Part shown: positions 1 to 12,170 of the stretch, piece after piece
Layout: each line of letters starts with the position of its first letter
How positions within the stretch are numbered: the stretch's first letter is position 1
Assembly (NCBI GenBank): GCA_009103225.1
Contig: RHPI01000818.1
Span: forward strand, 62,001 to 126,000
Source of the DNA: Chlorokybus atmophyticus
Lineage: Eukaryota > Plantae > Mesostigma and Chlorokybus algae
Length of the DNA stretch: 64,000 bases
Direction of reading: 5' to 3'
Position numbers and translations under genes: made by a program
The notes under the pieces: model-generated
Database searches by the model: none
Seen by the model: only the letters and a program-made list of their open reading frames with translations
Told to the model about the DNA's origin: nothing

Positions 1-1248
1 GTGCCATCCCAACAGCCCAACAGCGGTCAAGGCGCAAGTCGAAGGCACGCCAATTCAGGTGTGGCACCTTGTTGTGGCACGGTGCCATCTATGCCTCTGT
101 TACATGCTTACTTGACAAACATGAATGCTTGAATAGGACGGAGTTCATGGATGCAGTGTCCTGCGATGATCCTGTCAGTCAACCAGTGGCACCCATACCA
201 AAGAACTCGCGGCCACCACAGCCTCCTTTGCAAGCTGCCCTTCAAGGCAACCGCCGCCTTGTGTGTCTGTTTGAGAAACAGCTTACATCCAGTGACACTG
301 GCAAGCTAGGGCGCATTGTCCTTCCAAAGGCGCATGCAGAGGTTAGTCCAGTGGGTGCTGCAAGTTTCTGACATGGTCTTAAAAACCAGATGTCATTGCT
401 TATGGAATGGCTTGCGCACAGCAACACCTTCCGCGCATTGATACACCTGATGGCCGAGCGCTCCAAGTGACGGACACCAATGGGCGCAGCTGGGCACCGC
501 GCTTCCGCTTCTGGCCAAACAACAACAGCCGGATGTATCTTCTCGAGGGCATAACCGAGATATTGCATTCTCTTCACCTTCAGACAGGAGACTCAGGTGT
601 GGACGTGCTCCTTGTCATTATGTCATTGCTGCTCCTCATACTGAGTGTGCAGCCGCTGACATGTTGTTTCCACTGGCAGTGACCTTCAACAAGGACGTTG
701 TGACCGGCAAGCTGGTGATTGGCGCACGAAAGGTGAGCAGCAATGCTTGTGCTATACTCAGGCATGTTGTACATGAACGAACACAGTCCTTGGGGTATAC
801 GGCTCAGAAGTTTTGAAAGGGTTTTATTGCTTGCAGCGAGTGCGTGGACCAAACGACCACATTCCACTCCCTCTGGACCTAGACAAGAACAAGATGGCTG
901 TTGGGTCCATTAAAAAAAGCAAGTTGTCAAGCGGTGTCTCCAAGAAGTCCAAACGTGATAATGAGAACATGCCCCTGGATATGGCAGGGGAGTACTCCAA
1001 CAAGAGACAAAAACTGCACAGTGGTTCTCTCAAGTCCCCAAGGCTGCCGCCTACCGTCACGATCCTTGACGGCTTCCGGATAGAAGAGTACATGGTAAGC
1101 ACAAGCAGAACATAAGCAGCTGGCCAAATAAGTTGACATGGTGATACTAACGCTGAATGCCCATTGGCAGGCTCGCCCATTGCTGCGAGACATTCAGGCA
1201 CAGCGCTTGGCGCTTGAAGGCACACCCCTGGCTACGGGTGTCCACTGA
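1..1248 (+). CDS. B3-domain transcription factor, VAL/HSI2 (LAV family)-like; 5' end lies upstream of the window; multi-exon
   Basis: Spliced exons give LFEKQLTSSDTGKLGRIVLPKAHAE...WAPRFRFWPNNNSRMYLLEG...LQTGDSVTF (B3 signature of LAV proteins), then PPTVTILDGFRIEEY (resembles the VAL post-B3 motif). Predicted stop TGA at 1246-1248 after an acceptor at 1170. Confidence 0.85.
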
Positions 1249-3171
1249 AACTAAGATATTGCAACTCAATGGCAGTCCCATTGGCAGGCAACTGCAGCAG
1301 CGTCTGTATGCTGAAGCAGTAAGGAGTAGAGTTAATATGCAGCCATGAACCATTGTCAGCAACCCTGGGTGTGCTGACAATGCGGGTGCTGCTGCTTAAC
1401 ATATCAGAATTAGGTCTTATCTAGCAGCAGTTAGCCAGGTTTGTATTTATATGCAATTGTACAGGAAGTCCTGCTATACCATGCGATGCTGCCAGTCCGC
1501 TGCTTAGAGTGCTCAAAGGTTCTGGTACCTTGTGGAGCGTCAGCTGCGCGGGCTGGTAACACGTGCAGTGGTGTAGTAGGCACAATTGTGGACGGGAGTT
1601 TACTTAAACCTCCTTTCTAAATGCGCTTTATTGCTGCCCAGAGCTTTTCATGTGAGTATACGAGCTTAGTTAAGTTGGACGGGCAAGCAGTAGGCAGGTT
1701 GCAACACACGTTTCGTTGCACCAACACCCTGCCAAAACTGTGCTCAGCCATTGCTCACCACCAATGCTAGCATGATGAACCATTAGCAACCACACATAGG
1801 ACAAGACAGATTATACAACACCTACATGTAAGCATCATGATGCATTGGATGGCGTACGCTAGTTTCCGCAACCATTTGACTCCCTACATGAAAGCAGAGC
1901 CGCCACAATCAGTGCTGCCCACACGTGTTGCCAATGTAGGCACGTATCGCAGGTGCACTCAGCATGAGGGCGATGCTTATTACATGATTGCTACGCTCCT
2001 GCTCCGCACACCTCCTGCCCATGTTGCTCCGTGGTGTTCCCATTGCTACCTGCTCAGTTGTCAAGGACCCCGTCTTATGCTTGTGTGCTTGCTTGATACT
2101 TGTACTTGTTGCCATTGCTGTAATTCAGTTGTTTCCCATTTTACCTGCTCGCCTTCAGCCTGCCAGCGACCAAATGTCAACGCATTATGTGCTTGTTTGA
2201 GCGCATGTGAGTGTACTGTCCTTGCTTTCCATGGTGTTTGCTTCTACGATGTGTAACAATGTTGACATAAATGTGTAACAATGTTCAAAAAAGAAGATGC
2301 AGCAAAGCACTCGGACACGCACACACGCAAGCTCACAGCACAGCAATCTATTGCAATGAGCGGGGGCCAGGCTTAACTAAGATGCGTGCAACCAAGTGCA
2401 ATGCAAGGCGGGTGGGGAGGGAGGTGGGTAGAGCCAGTACAGCAAGTAACCGACCTGTAGCCACGGCACCACAGGCACTACATGGGACACACACACTTGA
2501 TGGCGCGCGCGCGTACAATGCACCACAACAGCGTGTGTGCAGTTGTAACTGAACATCCTGATGTTTTATTGACAAAGGCTCCAGTTTGCTGTCTTCGTCT
2601 CCCCAACGTCACTGCAGACCAACGCAGACTGCACTCGCACCTGGTGCTGCACGTCAGCTCAACGGGGGATGCGAGAGTGGCGACACATGCACCCAAGGAG
2701 TACAGCGCTCCTCGCTTGGTGTAGCGCAATACAGGCTTAGTGAGTGACTTGGCAGCGGCATACAGGCAGTCCGCGTGACATAGATCAATGCGGCGCCGGT
2801 CCATGCTCGGTGCATAGCCGGACAGTTAGTCGTATTATTACCGGTATGAAGCTACTTGTCGGTTTTACACCGCTGTAACGCCGCTCATCTGCGGTCTAAT
2901 TGGTACTCGGTACCGGACAAGGCACAAGCACAATGCCGATGACTAATAGTCTTTGCACATATTATTGAGGCGCCGCATTGCTGCTTGTGCGCTTTTGTGC
3001 GCCATCCGCACAAGACGTGCACCTGCGCCTTTAGCTGTTGCATAAGGACGTTGTTGTTGGCGTTTGGGCGGCAGTGGCGGTGGCGGTGGTATTGGCGGCG
3101 GTGCTAGTGACATTGTCGTTGTCGTCATCTCAACGGCTGTGCATATTGCTTGGTAGACCACCGTAGTAACC

Positions 3172-5348
3172 ATGGACAGCTTGGCATGCACAGCGTCATC
3201 CTCCGTGACGGTGACCCAGGTCGCCGGCAGCCGCAGCAGCTCAGCTCAGCGGCAGCGCATTGCGGTAAAGTTGCGCCAACTTCCGGCATGGACACGCCTG
3301 TGCCATCTGCATGAGTTGGTGGTTCGTTTCAGTCTTCAACAGAGCATTCACTGATGTCCTACTCATTGCAGGGTGTGCGTGCTTCGGGTTCAGTTGCGGA
3401 GCAGCAGGGTGTGTCCTTCTCACAGGCATTGCGAGGCCAGAGTCTGGAGGTAGCCTCACCATGCAAGCAGCAAAACAGAGCACGCTGTAAGTATGGTTGT
3501 TTGGTTGACATGCAACTCATGCATGCCAGCTCTGGCATGCAGGCATCTGCATTGCACGTAGGTTCATGCGCATTCTTTCCTCGTATGTGGGCTTGACCTG
3601 AACTTGGGGCTGGAGGTTGCAAAGCGAGCATGCTACGGCAGTGTTACTGTTGCAAACTCACCCTGTGCTTCCATGCAGGCCGCACAGCCGTTGTTTGCCA
3701 GGCGCAGGGCGTTGCCGAAGCTCCGGCGCCAGCAGCAGGGCTTCGTGGGAAGCTCAACAAAGTGGTGCTGGCGTACTCCGGTGGCCTGGATACGTCCGTC
3801 ATTGTCCCATGGCTGAAGTAAGGCAGCACATTGCTTGCATACAAAGGTCTTCAGTGTTGTGGTTGACATTGCATGCATGAATTGACACCAGTGCAGTAGC
3901 GTAATGGTGGACGTGCTGAGTCAATTGTGCTGCTGCTGCTGCTGCCTCAGGGAAAACTATGGTTGTGAAGTTGTTTGCTTCTGCGCGGACGTCGGTCAAG
4001 GGGTTGGCGAGTTGGACGGTTTGGAAAAGAAGGCCATTGGCAGTGGCGCGTCTAAGCTGGTTGTGGGTGACTTGACAGAAGAGTTCGTGAAGGACTACAT
4101 CTTCCCGTGCATCCGAGCAGGTGCAGTGTACGAACGCAAGTACTTGTTGGGTACCTCCATGGCGCGCCCGGTCATTGCCAAAGCCATGGTGGACGTTGCT
4201 CGCGAAGAGGGTGCAGACGCTGTGGCTCATGGATGCACAGGCAAGGGCAATGATCAGGTGAACACAAGCAGAGATTGTTAAACATGCAGGCTTGCGATGC
4301 GGTTGACTTGACAAGGCTAAGCATGCACTGGCTGCAGGTTCGGTTTGAGCTTACGTTCATGGCGCTCAACCCGTCGCTGAAGGTAGTTGCCCCGTGGCGA
4401 GAGTGGGACATCACTGGGCGCGAGGATGCCATCGCGTACGCCCAGAAGAAGAAGATCCCCATCACAGTGAGCAAGAAGTCCATATACAGCCGCGACAGGA
4501 ACATCTGGCACATCTCGCATGAAGGAGGCATCCTTGAAGACCCTGCTGAAGAGCCCGAGGACGACATGTACATGCTGTCCAGCAGGTATGCATGCAGTGT
4601 TCCTCACATCCTGTGCACTCGTACAATATCCCAGGGGTTGCTTTGTGCTGAGTAGTTGGCTGCCTGCTTCCCACAGCCCCGAGACAGCTCCCGACACTCC
4701 CGAATATGTGGAGATTGGAATGGAGAAGGGCCTGCCAGTAAGTGTTAACGGGCAGAAGCTTTCTCCCGCCAAAATGCTGGAGCTGCTGAACGAGATTGGT
4801 GGCAAGCATGCAATTGGCAGAGTAGATATGGTCGAGAACAGGTAGCCAATCGCGTACATACACCATACACCGCTCTCTCGAGATTGGTATTGCTGTGCAG
4901 CGCCGTCAACTGACCCCACGCTGTGTACAGACTTGTTGGAATGAAGAGCCGAGGCGTGTATGAGACGCCAGGAGGCACAATCCTCATGCTGGCTGCACAA
5001 GAGCTTGAAGCTCTTTGCCTGGACCGCGAGAGCACAGCCCTCAAGGACACCCTTGCCATCAAGTACGCCGAGCTGGTGTACGCCGGGCAGTGGTTTGTTC
5101 CCCTTCGCGAGTCGCTCGACGCCTTCATGGAGAAGATTACCGAGACCGTGACGGGATCCGTGCGCATCAAGCTGTACAAGGGCTCAGCCACTGTTGCGGG
5201 CCGCACCTCCCCGTACAGCCTATACCGCGGTGATATCTCCACCTTCGAGGAAGGCAGCAAGATTTACGATCAGGCGGATGCAGAGGGCTTCATTCATCTG
5301 TATGGTCTGCCTTTGCGCGTGCGCGCAATGCTGAGTCAGGGTAAATAG
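3172..5348 (+). CDS. argG: Argininosuccinate synthase with N-terminal plastid transit peptide; about 7 exons
   Basis: [71 protein letters not shown]. Exons 3172-3264, 3372-3487, 3679-3817 and onward join in frame at GT-AG sites. Ser/Ala-rich N-terminus. Confidence 0.96.
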
Positions 5349-6670
5349 GATTGCTTGACATATTGCAAGCACATTGTTATGATTCACTTTACAATTTGGC
5401 GTACTGCGCACGCATTGGGTTTGTGGCAGCCGACTTGACACACACACCTTGCTAGCGCGCAGACGCGCCGGTATGTACAATGTCTCACCTTCGTAGGATC
5501 TTTAAGTCCATCCTGGTGTCCTCACAGTGTTTTCAAGCATCGCATGCATGCCTAGCAAGTTGCATTAAACTACTATGGGTTGCTGACTGACATGAAGTTC
5601 TGTCAGTGCGGCAACCAGGCATGACTGGTTGCCAGAAATTGTTGCACTCAGACTTCATAGAGATAGCTGAAATTTATGCAAGTGTAAGGCTTGCTCTTTA
5701 GCAAAGCGAAATTCTCACACCATGTTTGTTTACAAGTGCCAACGATGCTGCAAAACTCTTCAAATGCTGAGAACAACTGCGGCATTAGGGCTAGCTAGAT
5801 ACAATGCATACCCACAACACGATGCCATGCCAGCAATTGTTGTCATGTGGTTGTCACAGTGCGTTGACTGGCTTGCAGCAGCGTAGCTCAACAAGTATCT
5901 GGCTACCCCAGTGAGCACATAGATACGGAACCGGGAGTGCGCGTTCATCACACTCGGTCTAACGGAGCGTGCGAGCATTGTGTGCATGCCCCTGCTGTAA
6001 AGCTGCATGCAATTGTGTTGGTCACACAGCGTGTGATAGCCTGTGATGGTGTATATGCAAGTACATTGTTTACACCACCATTGGGCTATGCATGGTGACA
6101 TGCTAACATGGTTACAATTGTGCTACTTTTTTATCATGCATGTCACATTAACTAGCATCACACACCCCAAACGAGCCCAGTGACTCAAGGACTCGTTCTT
6201 GAGTACTTGGGTATGCAACAATAAAAACATATATTACACAAAACTTATATCACAAATCCCCACCGCAAGACAAGTATGCAAGCATTGCATGGCATGACTG
6301 CATGCAAGGCAATTGCCTTACACCATATGCACACTCAACAGCAAAAACGTGGCAGACACAACACTCATGTGGTACACATTAAAAAAGAGGATAAAAAGGA
6401 GGGCACAAAGAATGCAATGCAAATGAATTGGAATGATTGGGGACGCAAGAGGGTACGCAACCTGCCAGCGGCAATGCAAGAGGGTACACAAGACAGAACG
6501 TAAACTATAGAACGTTTGTCTAAGGTAAGGCGACCTCCTTCCTCGCATCTATGAGTGCTTTGGTCAAGCATGGACTGGAATGCAACGTGATAGTTTAGTG
6601 AATGCATTCGGTTGTGCGTGCCGCACGTCTTGACGGCAGCGATGGTCATGGCGACTGTTAATAAGCAGCA

Positions 6671-7196
6671 TGTAACAGCACCACCGTCGCCGGTAATGCC
6701 CTTTCAATCCTCTACCCCAACACCCACACCGCCTATGACAAGCCTTTCAGCGGCGTGGCCGCCACTGAGCAGAGAACTGAAACTGAGGTCACATCATTCT
6801 GATGTGACCTTTTATATCAAGAGTATATCAAATATATACCTCTCGATAATTAACTCACAACTAGACATTGACCCTACAGATAGGGTAGTTAAGAAATTTA
6901 GCATCAGCCAATCACAGCTCAGATAAAGTACCTATCGATAAGGTACCTATCGATAGATACCTATCGTAAGGTACCTAACGAGATAGTGATCACATTTTAT
7001 TAAATGTGACACTAAATAGGCTTGAATCAGCGGTTCCACACCCATTGGGATTTATTTAAGCTATGATAAAGCATCATAGCCTTTAATAAGCGAGGAACCG
7101 TAGAAAGAGGTATAAATAAGCATAATTAGATACTTATTCATACAGAAAGTGTTATTCAAGTAGCAATAATACCCTATTATTATTGCTCCCTTTACG
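6671..7196 (-). repeat. 3' LTR of the Gypsy element
   Basis: Plus strand starts TGTAAC and ends TTTACG. Aligns with 13002-13518 at roughly 90% identity (manual count on two segments) plus indels. Confidence 0.93.
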
Positions 7197-7318
7197 TCCT
7201 CGTTGAACTCAAGTTGATCTGGCTGGATTTTGAATAATTGTAACCAGTGAGATAGCAGGTAATGACAGAGTGGTAATGAAACTACACTGCCAGTCTGTCA
7301 TTAAACCAAGCCCACAAT

Positions 7319-10023
7319 TTACGGGACAGGACGTGAATCCCAATAAGCTCGAAGCAACTCGCGGCAGTGCGTAAGATGCCTGTCGGGCTCCCAACTGATA
7401 TGTTTTGAGCCATACCCTTTTCATTTCACTAAATAGCGAGTTGCGCGTCCTCGACTACTCAGCTTATGGTTCAATATAGCTTCCACCTCGTATTCGAGCT
7501 CGCTGTCCACCTCAACTGGTGGTGGTGGAGGCTGTGTTCTACCGTCTGAGCGGTAAGGTTTCAACAAGTTCGCATGGAACACGTTGTGTATACGCACACT
7601 GGAGGGCAGTCGATAAGCGTGCGTACCAACTCTATCAGTGATAGAGAAAGGACCTAACCATCGGGGCAGCAACTTGCGAGCACCCATACCTTTGATGGTT
7701 ATGTTCTTTGCATTAAGCAAAACTATATCGCCGATATCGAAAGTGGCCATTCTTTGATGTGTATCAGCATAAGCTTTTTGCCTGTCCTGTGCTTTTGACA
7801 GACATAGCTTGGCTCGAGCCAAATTTTCTTACATATCAGTGGCAAATTCCTTTGCCGCTGGTACAGTCAGGGCATTGCGAGGTACACACAATGACGCTGG
7901 TGTGTTCAAGCAAAATATGTTCAAGAAAAATGGGGTTTCCTTTACACTTTCCTGCCACGCACTGTTCACAGCAAACTCTGCCATTGGCAAGTACCTGTCC
8001 CAATCAGCATGGTTAGGAGCCACATAGTGGAGAAGCATTTCTTCAAGTATTTGATTTGCTCGCTCGGTTTGTCCGTCCATTTGCGGGTGGAAAGCAGTCG
8101 ACATGCTTTGTTTTACCCCCAACAGTTCACAGACTTCTCTCCAAAACTTGGAGACAAACCGAGGATCACGATTTGTAATAAGCTCACGCGGCACACCGTG
8201 AACTCGAAAGACCGTGGACACTAAATGTGCTAAGTCCCGTGCACTCACAGTTGTGCAACACGGGGCAAAATGCACCATTTTTGTCAAACAATCGACAAAA
8301 ACCACAATAGCAGTGTATTTGGCTGCTGTTTCAGGTAGGTCAGTAATTAAATCCATACTGACACTATCCCACTTATGTTCTGAGATTACCAATGGTTCAA
8401 GCAATCCCGCTTGTTGTTGTCGTAGTGGCTTATTACGTTGACACACGTCACATGTGCGAACATATTGATCCACATCAGCTGTTATTGACGGCCACCAGTA
8501 TAACTGTTGCGCAGCTTTGAGTGTTTTGTGTTTCCCCAAATGCCCAGCATACGGCGGGTCATGCACTGAATGTAAGCATTGCTTACGCAAGTCGCCTGAG
8601 TTGGGAATTGCCAACTGCTCCCCATTATACCACAGATTGCTAGCAGCAGTAAGCTGTTGCAAGTTGTTTTTACTGCTAAACCAACCATCTGAGGTATAGC
8701 CTGTGGACACCTCCTTTAGGAAAGGATCTTTAGGCTGTTGCACATTACGCGTACTTCGAGAGCGCGTAAGTGCCAAAAGAGCAGGGCTACGACTTAGTGG
8801 ATCCGCCACATTGGTGCGACCCGGACGGTATTGCCAAGTGAAAGTGAAACGAGAAATGAATTCATTCCACCTAGCTTGCCGCCTCAACATGTTCTGTTGC
8901 GTATGCAAGAATGTGAGCGGGTTGTGATCAGTAATCACTAAAACTCCACACCTTCCAAGTAGTAACGCCATGTGCGCAGCGCGTGCACAACCCCAAGCAA
9001 TTCCTGCTCAGTGGTTGTGTGACTACGTTAGCAGGAATGAACTTTTTGCTTTCATATGCACATGATCTGTCATCCTGTAGAAGGACTGCCCCACACCCAA
9101 TGGTGGAAGCATCACTGATCACCACAAAAGGCTTGGTGTGGTCGGGGAAGGCTAACACAGGGGCTTGTGTTAATGCATCTTTAATGCGTGTAAAAGCAAC
9201 CTCGTGTGCCTCCGTCCACACAAATTTAACATCCTTTCTTAATAAAGATGTTAAAGGATTTGCCATGCTAGAATATGCTCGCATGAACTTGCGGAAATAA
9301 ATGGCTAGCCCGAAGAAAGCACATAACTGATGTACATCCTTGGGTGGTGGCCAATCCTTTACCGCACACACCTTTTGAGGAGGAGTTTCGGTTTCAATCC
9401 TTCTTTGCCAAGCACATGCCCTAAAAAGGGTAGTTCATCCTTTGCAAAGTTGCATTTGGACAGGTTGGCATAAAATTTGTGTTTGCGCAACTTAGCTAGA
9501 ACCAATTCCACATGCTTGTGGTGTTCCTCCCGGGTATTGTTAAACACAATAATGTCGTCAAGATATACCAGTACAAACCTATACAATTCATTAGCAAATA
9601 CCGCATTCATTGCTGCCTGAAATGTAGCTGGTGCATTTATCAACCCAAATGGTAACACTTTATACTCAAAGTGTCCCATTGGGGTGCGAAATGCAGTTTC
9701 TTGTATATCTGACGGGTGGATTTTAATTTGGTGATAACCACTTGTCAAATCCAGTGTGCTGAACACTGTTGCACCTGACAGCTTATTAAACAAATGATCA
9801 ATCCGAGGCAAAGGTATCTGTTTTTCACAGTTACCTTGTTCAACGCACGGTAATCAATATACATGCGTAGCTTGCCATTCTTTTTGGGCACAAACAAAAT
9901 TGGTGCACCAAAAGGAGATATGCTCTTTATTATCAAACCTTTGAATAATAACTCTTTGAGCTGTTTTTCCATTCAATGTTTCCGCGTGTATCAAGGGACT
10001 TAGCCTATAGATAGGCCGCGTAT

Positions 10024-10079
<56 letters not shown>

Positions 10080-10665
10080 CCGTAAGTGATTGCACCACAG
10101 GGTCGATTACGGCATGTTCAACAAGTGTCTCTACTTGGCGTAAGTGCATCATATATACTTCCTGACGTTTACGCATGCAACGTTTCAGTTGCATAGTAGA
10201 GAGGAGCGGAACACTGTCGCAAGCAACACGTGAGAGTACAGGTGCGGTTAACGTCACCTTACGTTTACCCTTACGAAGGGTGCACGTATTTGCTTAAGAG
10301 TTTAATTGCAAACCTGCTTCGGTGTGCCACTGTTCACCAAAAACAACATCCACCCCGGGGATACCTATATCCACGATGAAAGCTGGTCGAGTCTTGTGGC
10401 TGTTAATAACAAAACGCCCCTTCACCTCCCCAATTGCATTGAGGGTGGAACCAGCAGCACGTACATACGACGTGACTGGTGTAAAAGGTATGTTATTACG
10501 TTTCACCCAAGCATGTTTCACAAAGTCATGGTTTGCACCAGTATCAATCAATGCTGTACATGGTGTGCCCATAAGTTGACTCTCAAATCTCCATATGAGT
10601 GGCATAGAGTGACCATCAAATGTAGCTAATGTCGGAGTGCCGTGATTGTTAGCAGGCTTGATCAC
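7319..10665 (-). pseudogene. Retrotransposon pol (protease, RT, RNase H, integrase, chromodomain), disrupted
   Basis: ALIDTGA (aspartic protease); [49 protein letters not shown] (RT); SDASTIGCGAVLLQ (RNase H); HDPPYAGHLG, CDVCQRNK, SMDLITDLP, FHPQMDGQTER (integrase); YEVEAILNHK...YLVK*KGYGSKHISWEP (chromodomain with a W-to-stop change). Confidence 0.93.
10026..10078. repeat. (TG)n microsatellite inside pol
   Basis: Perfect TG dinucleotide run of about 53 bp between protease and RT. Confidence 0.95.
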
Positions 10666-10997
10666 TTGTAACGGTGAAGTTCCTGTATCTTTGCGTCAGA
10701 GTTGCATAATTACTTCTTCCCCTTGAATAATCGCGACCACGGGCCATGATATCGAGGGATGACTACACATGAAGTGACAGCACATTGTAATCGCAACTCG
10801 TGTAAGTGCTTAACAGCAGTTACCAATTCAGAGAATAGAACATTGATTAAAACACAACCGTTTACATTTGTTAACACAGGTGGTGTGCTCATATCAGTCC
10901 ATACATCTGATACATCACAAAGAGAGAAAACTTTATCAAGAAGTATAGAGTTTTTAAAGTCGTTCTACTCTACTAAGCTACCAACTACGGACAATTC

Positions 10998-12170
10998 CTA
11001 TTTCTTGTCCTTCTGCTGCTTGGCCTTCTGTGCATGCTGCTTTGCATAGCACTTGGCCTCCCCATGACCTGTCTTCTTGCAGAAGTTGCAAGTGATGGTG
11101 GATTTGGCCGCGTTGTAGGGGCCAGCAAGCTGAAAGGTTTTCGCCTTTTTTATAAAAGGTTTGTTGTCAGTGGCTGGGCGCTTAGCAGCTGAAGCCGGGG
11201 CTGCCTCTTTTGCTGTGGTTTGCATGTTTGCGTGAGAGCGCTCCACACTGTCCACAGCAGCAACCAAATCCGTCGAGGCCCACTCTTGCAAACTCGCGGG
11301 GTTAGCGGCCACATGCTGCACGAGATCTGTGTCCAAGCCACGCCTGAACATATCCAGCTGATCAGCATCACTGATGGGTAGTTGTCCAGCATTGATCTTG
11401 CTGACAAAAGACTGGAAGTCCTAGATATACTGCTGAACTGGACGCCCGTTCTGACGCAGATTGTGCAGCTGGTTGCGAGCAACCTGGGCAGGATCTGCGC
11501 CGCCATAGCGCTGCTCCATGGAAGAGCACAATTGATTCACTTCCCGCCCGAGGTTCGTATCACGTTGCTTACGGCGGTACCACTCTGCTAGAGCATCGTT
11601 TGAAATCAGCAACTCAGCTACACGCAACTTCCCCTCCTTAGAAATGTGAAAGGAGTTGACATAGTGTCTCAGCTTCACGAGCTACTTAAAAATTGCCGCT
11701 TGCTTGTTAGGAACAAACTCGGCAGGACAAGCAAGCGCCCGAACAGGTGGACCATCAGTCAGAGCATTTAAAGGTGCACAATCATGTTCAGAACACGTTT
11801 GCCTTCACCCACCGATCCCTCCCAATCTCGCCCCATAAAGGTGGTGAGCTTTGAGACCGTTTCCGCCACATGAAAGAGGAAGTTGACGAGCGAGACAATC
11901 GCCTCACGAGGCTCCTCATCATAGGTGCAAAGAAAGTGGTCCATCACCTCCTGTTTCGTCAGACGAATTGATTTCAGGCTTTACGAATGATGGTGGTAGT
12001 GGTGGCCCGTCTGGTTCCACCAAGGCGTCCCCATCCTTAGCAACATGAGACTCATCAGGTGCATCATCCGGGTTGGAAATATCCTCCATGGATGGAAACT
12101 CCTCCTCACGGGATAATTGCTAATTTTGCGAGCTTTCCCCCTTCAAGGTGGGCACCGAGTTCTCTTCCAT
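10998..12170 (-). pseudogene. Retrotransposon gag, disrupted
   Basis: Fragments IFK*LVKLRHYV..., ARNQLHNLRQNGRPVQQYI, FRRGL and zinc knuckle CNFCKKTGHGEAKC (CX2CX4HX4C). In-frame stops and frameshifts; start position approximate. Confidence 0.8.

Noticed and set aside
2478-2804. 108-aa minus-strand ORF with a plausible donor site, divergent from argininosuccinate synthase
   Set aside because: No recognisable homology, and no consistent downstream exon could be assembled.
3264-3490. Apparent need for a GC-AG intron or microexon in argininosuccinate synthase
   Set aside because: Canonical donors (GCG|GTAAAG at 3265 and CGCT|GTAAGT at 3488) give an in-frame model.
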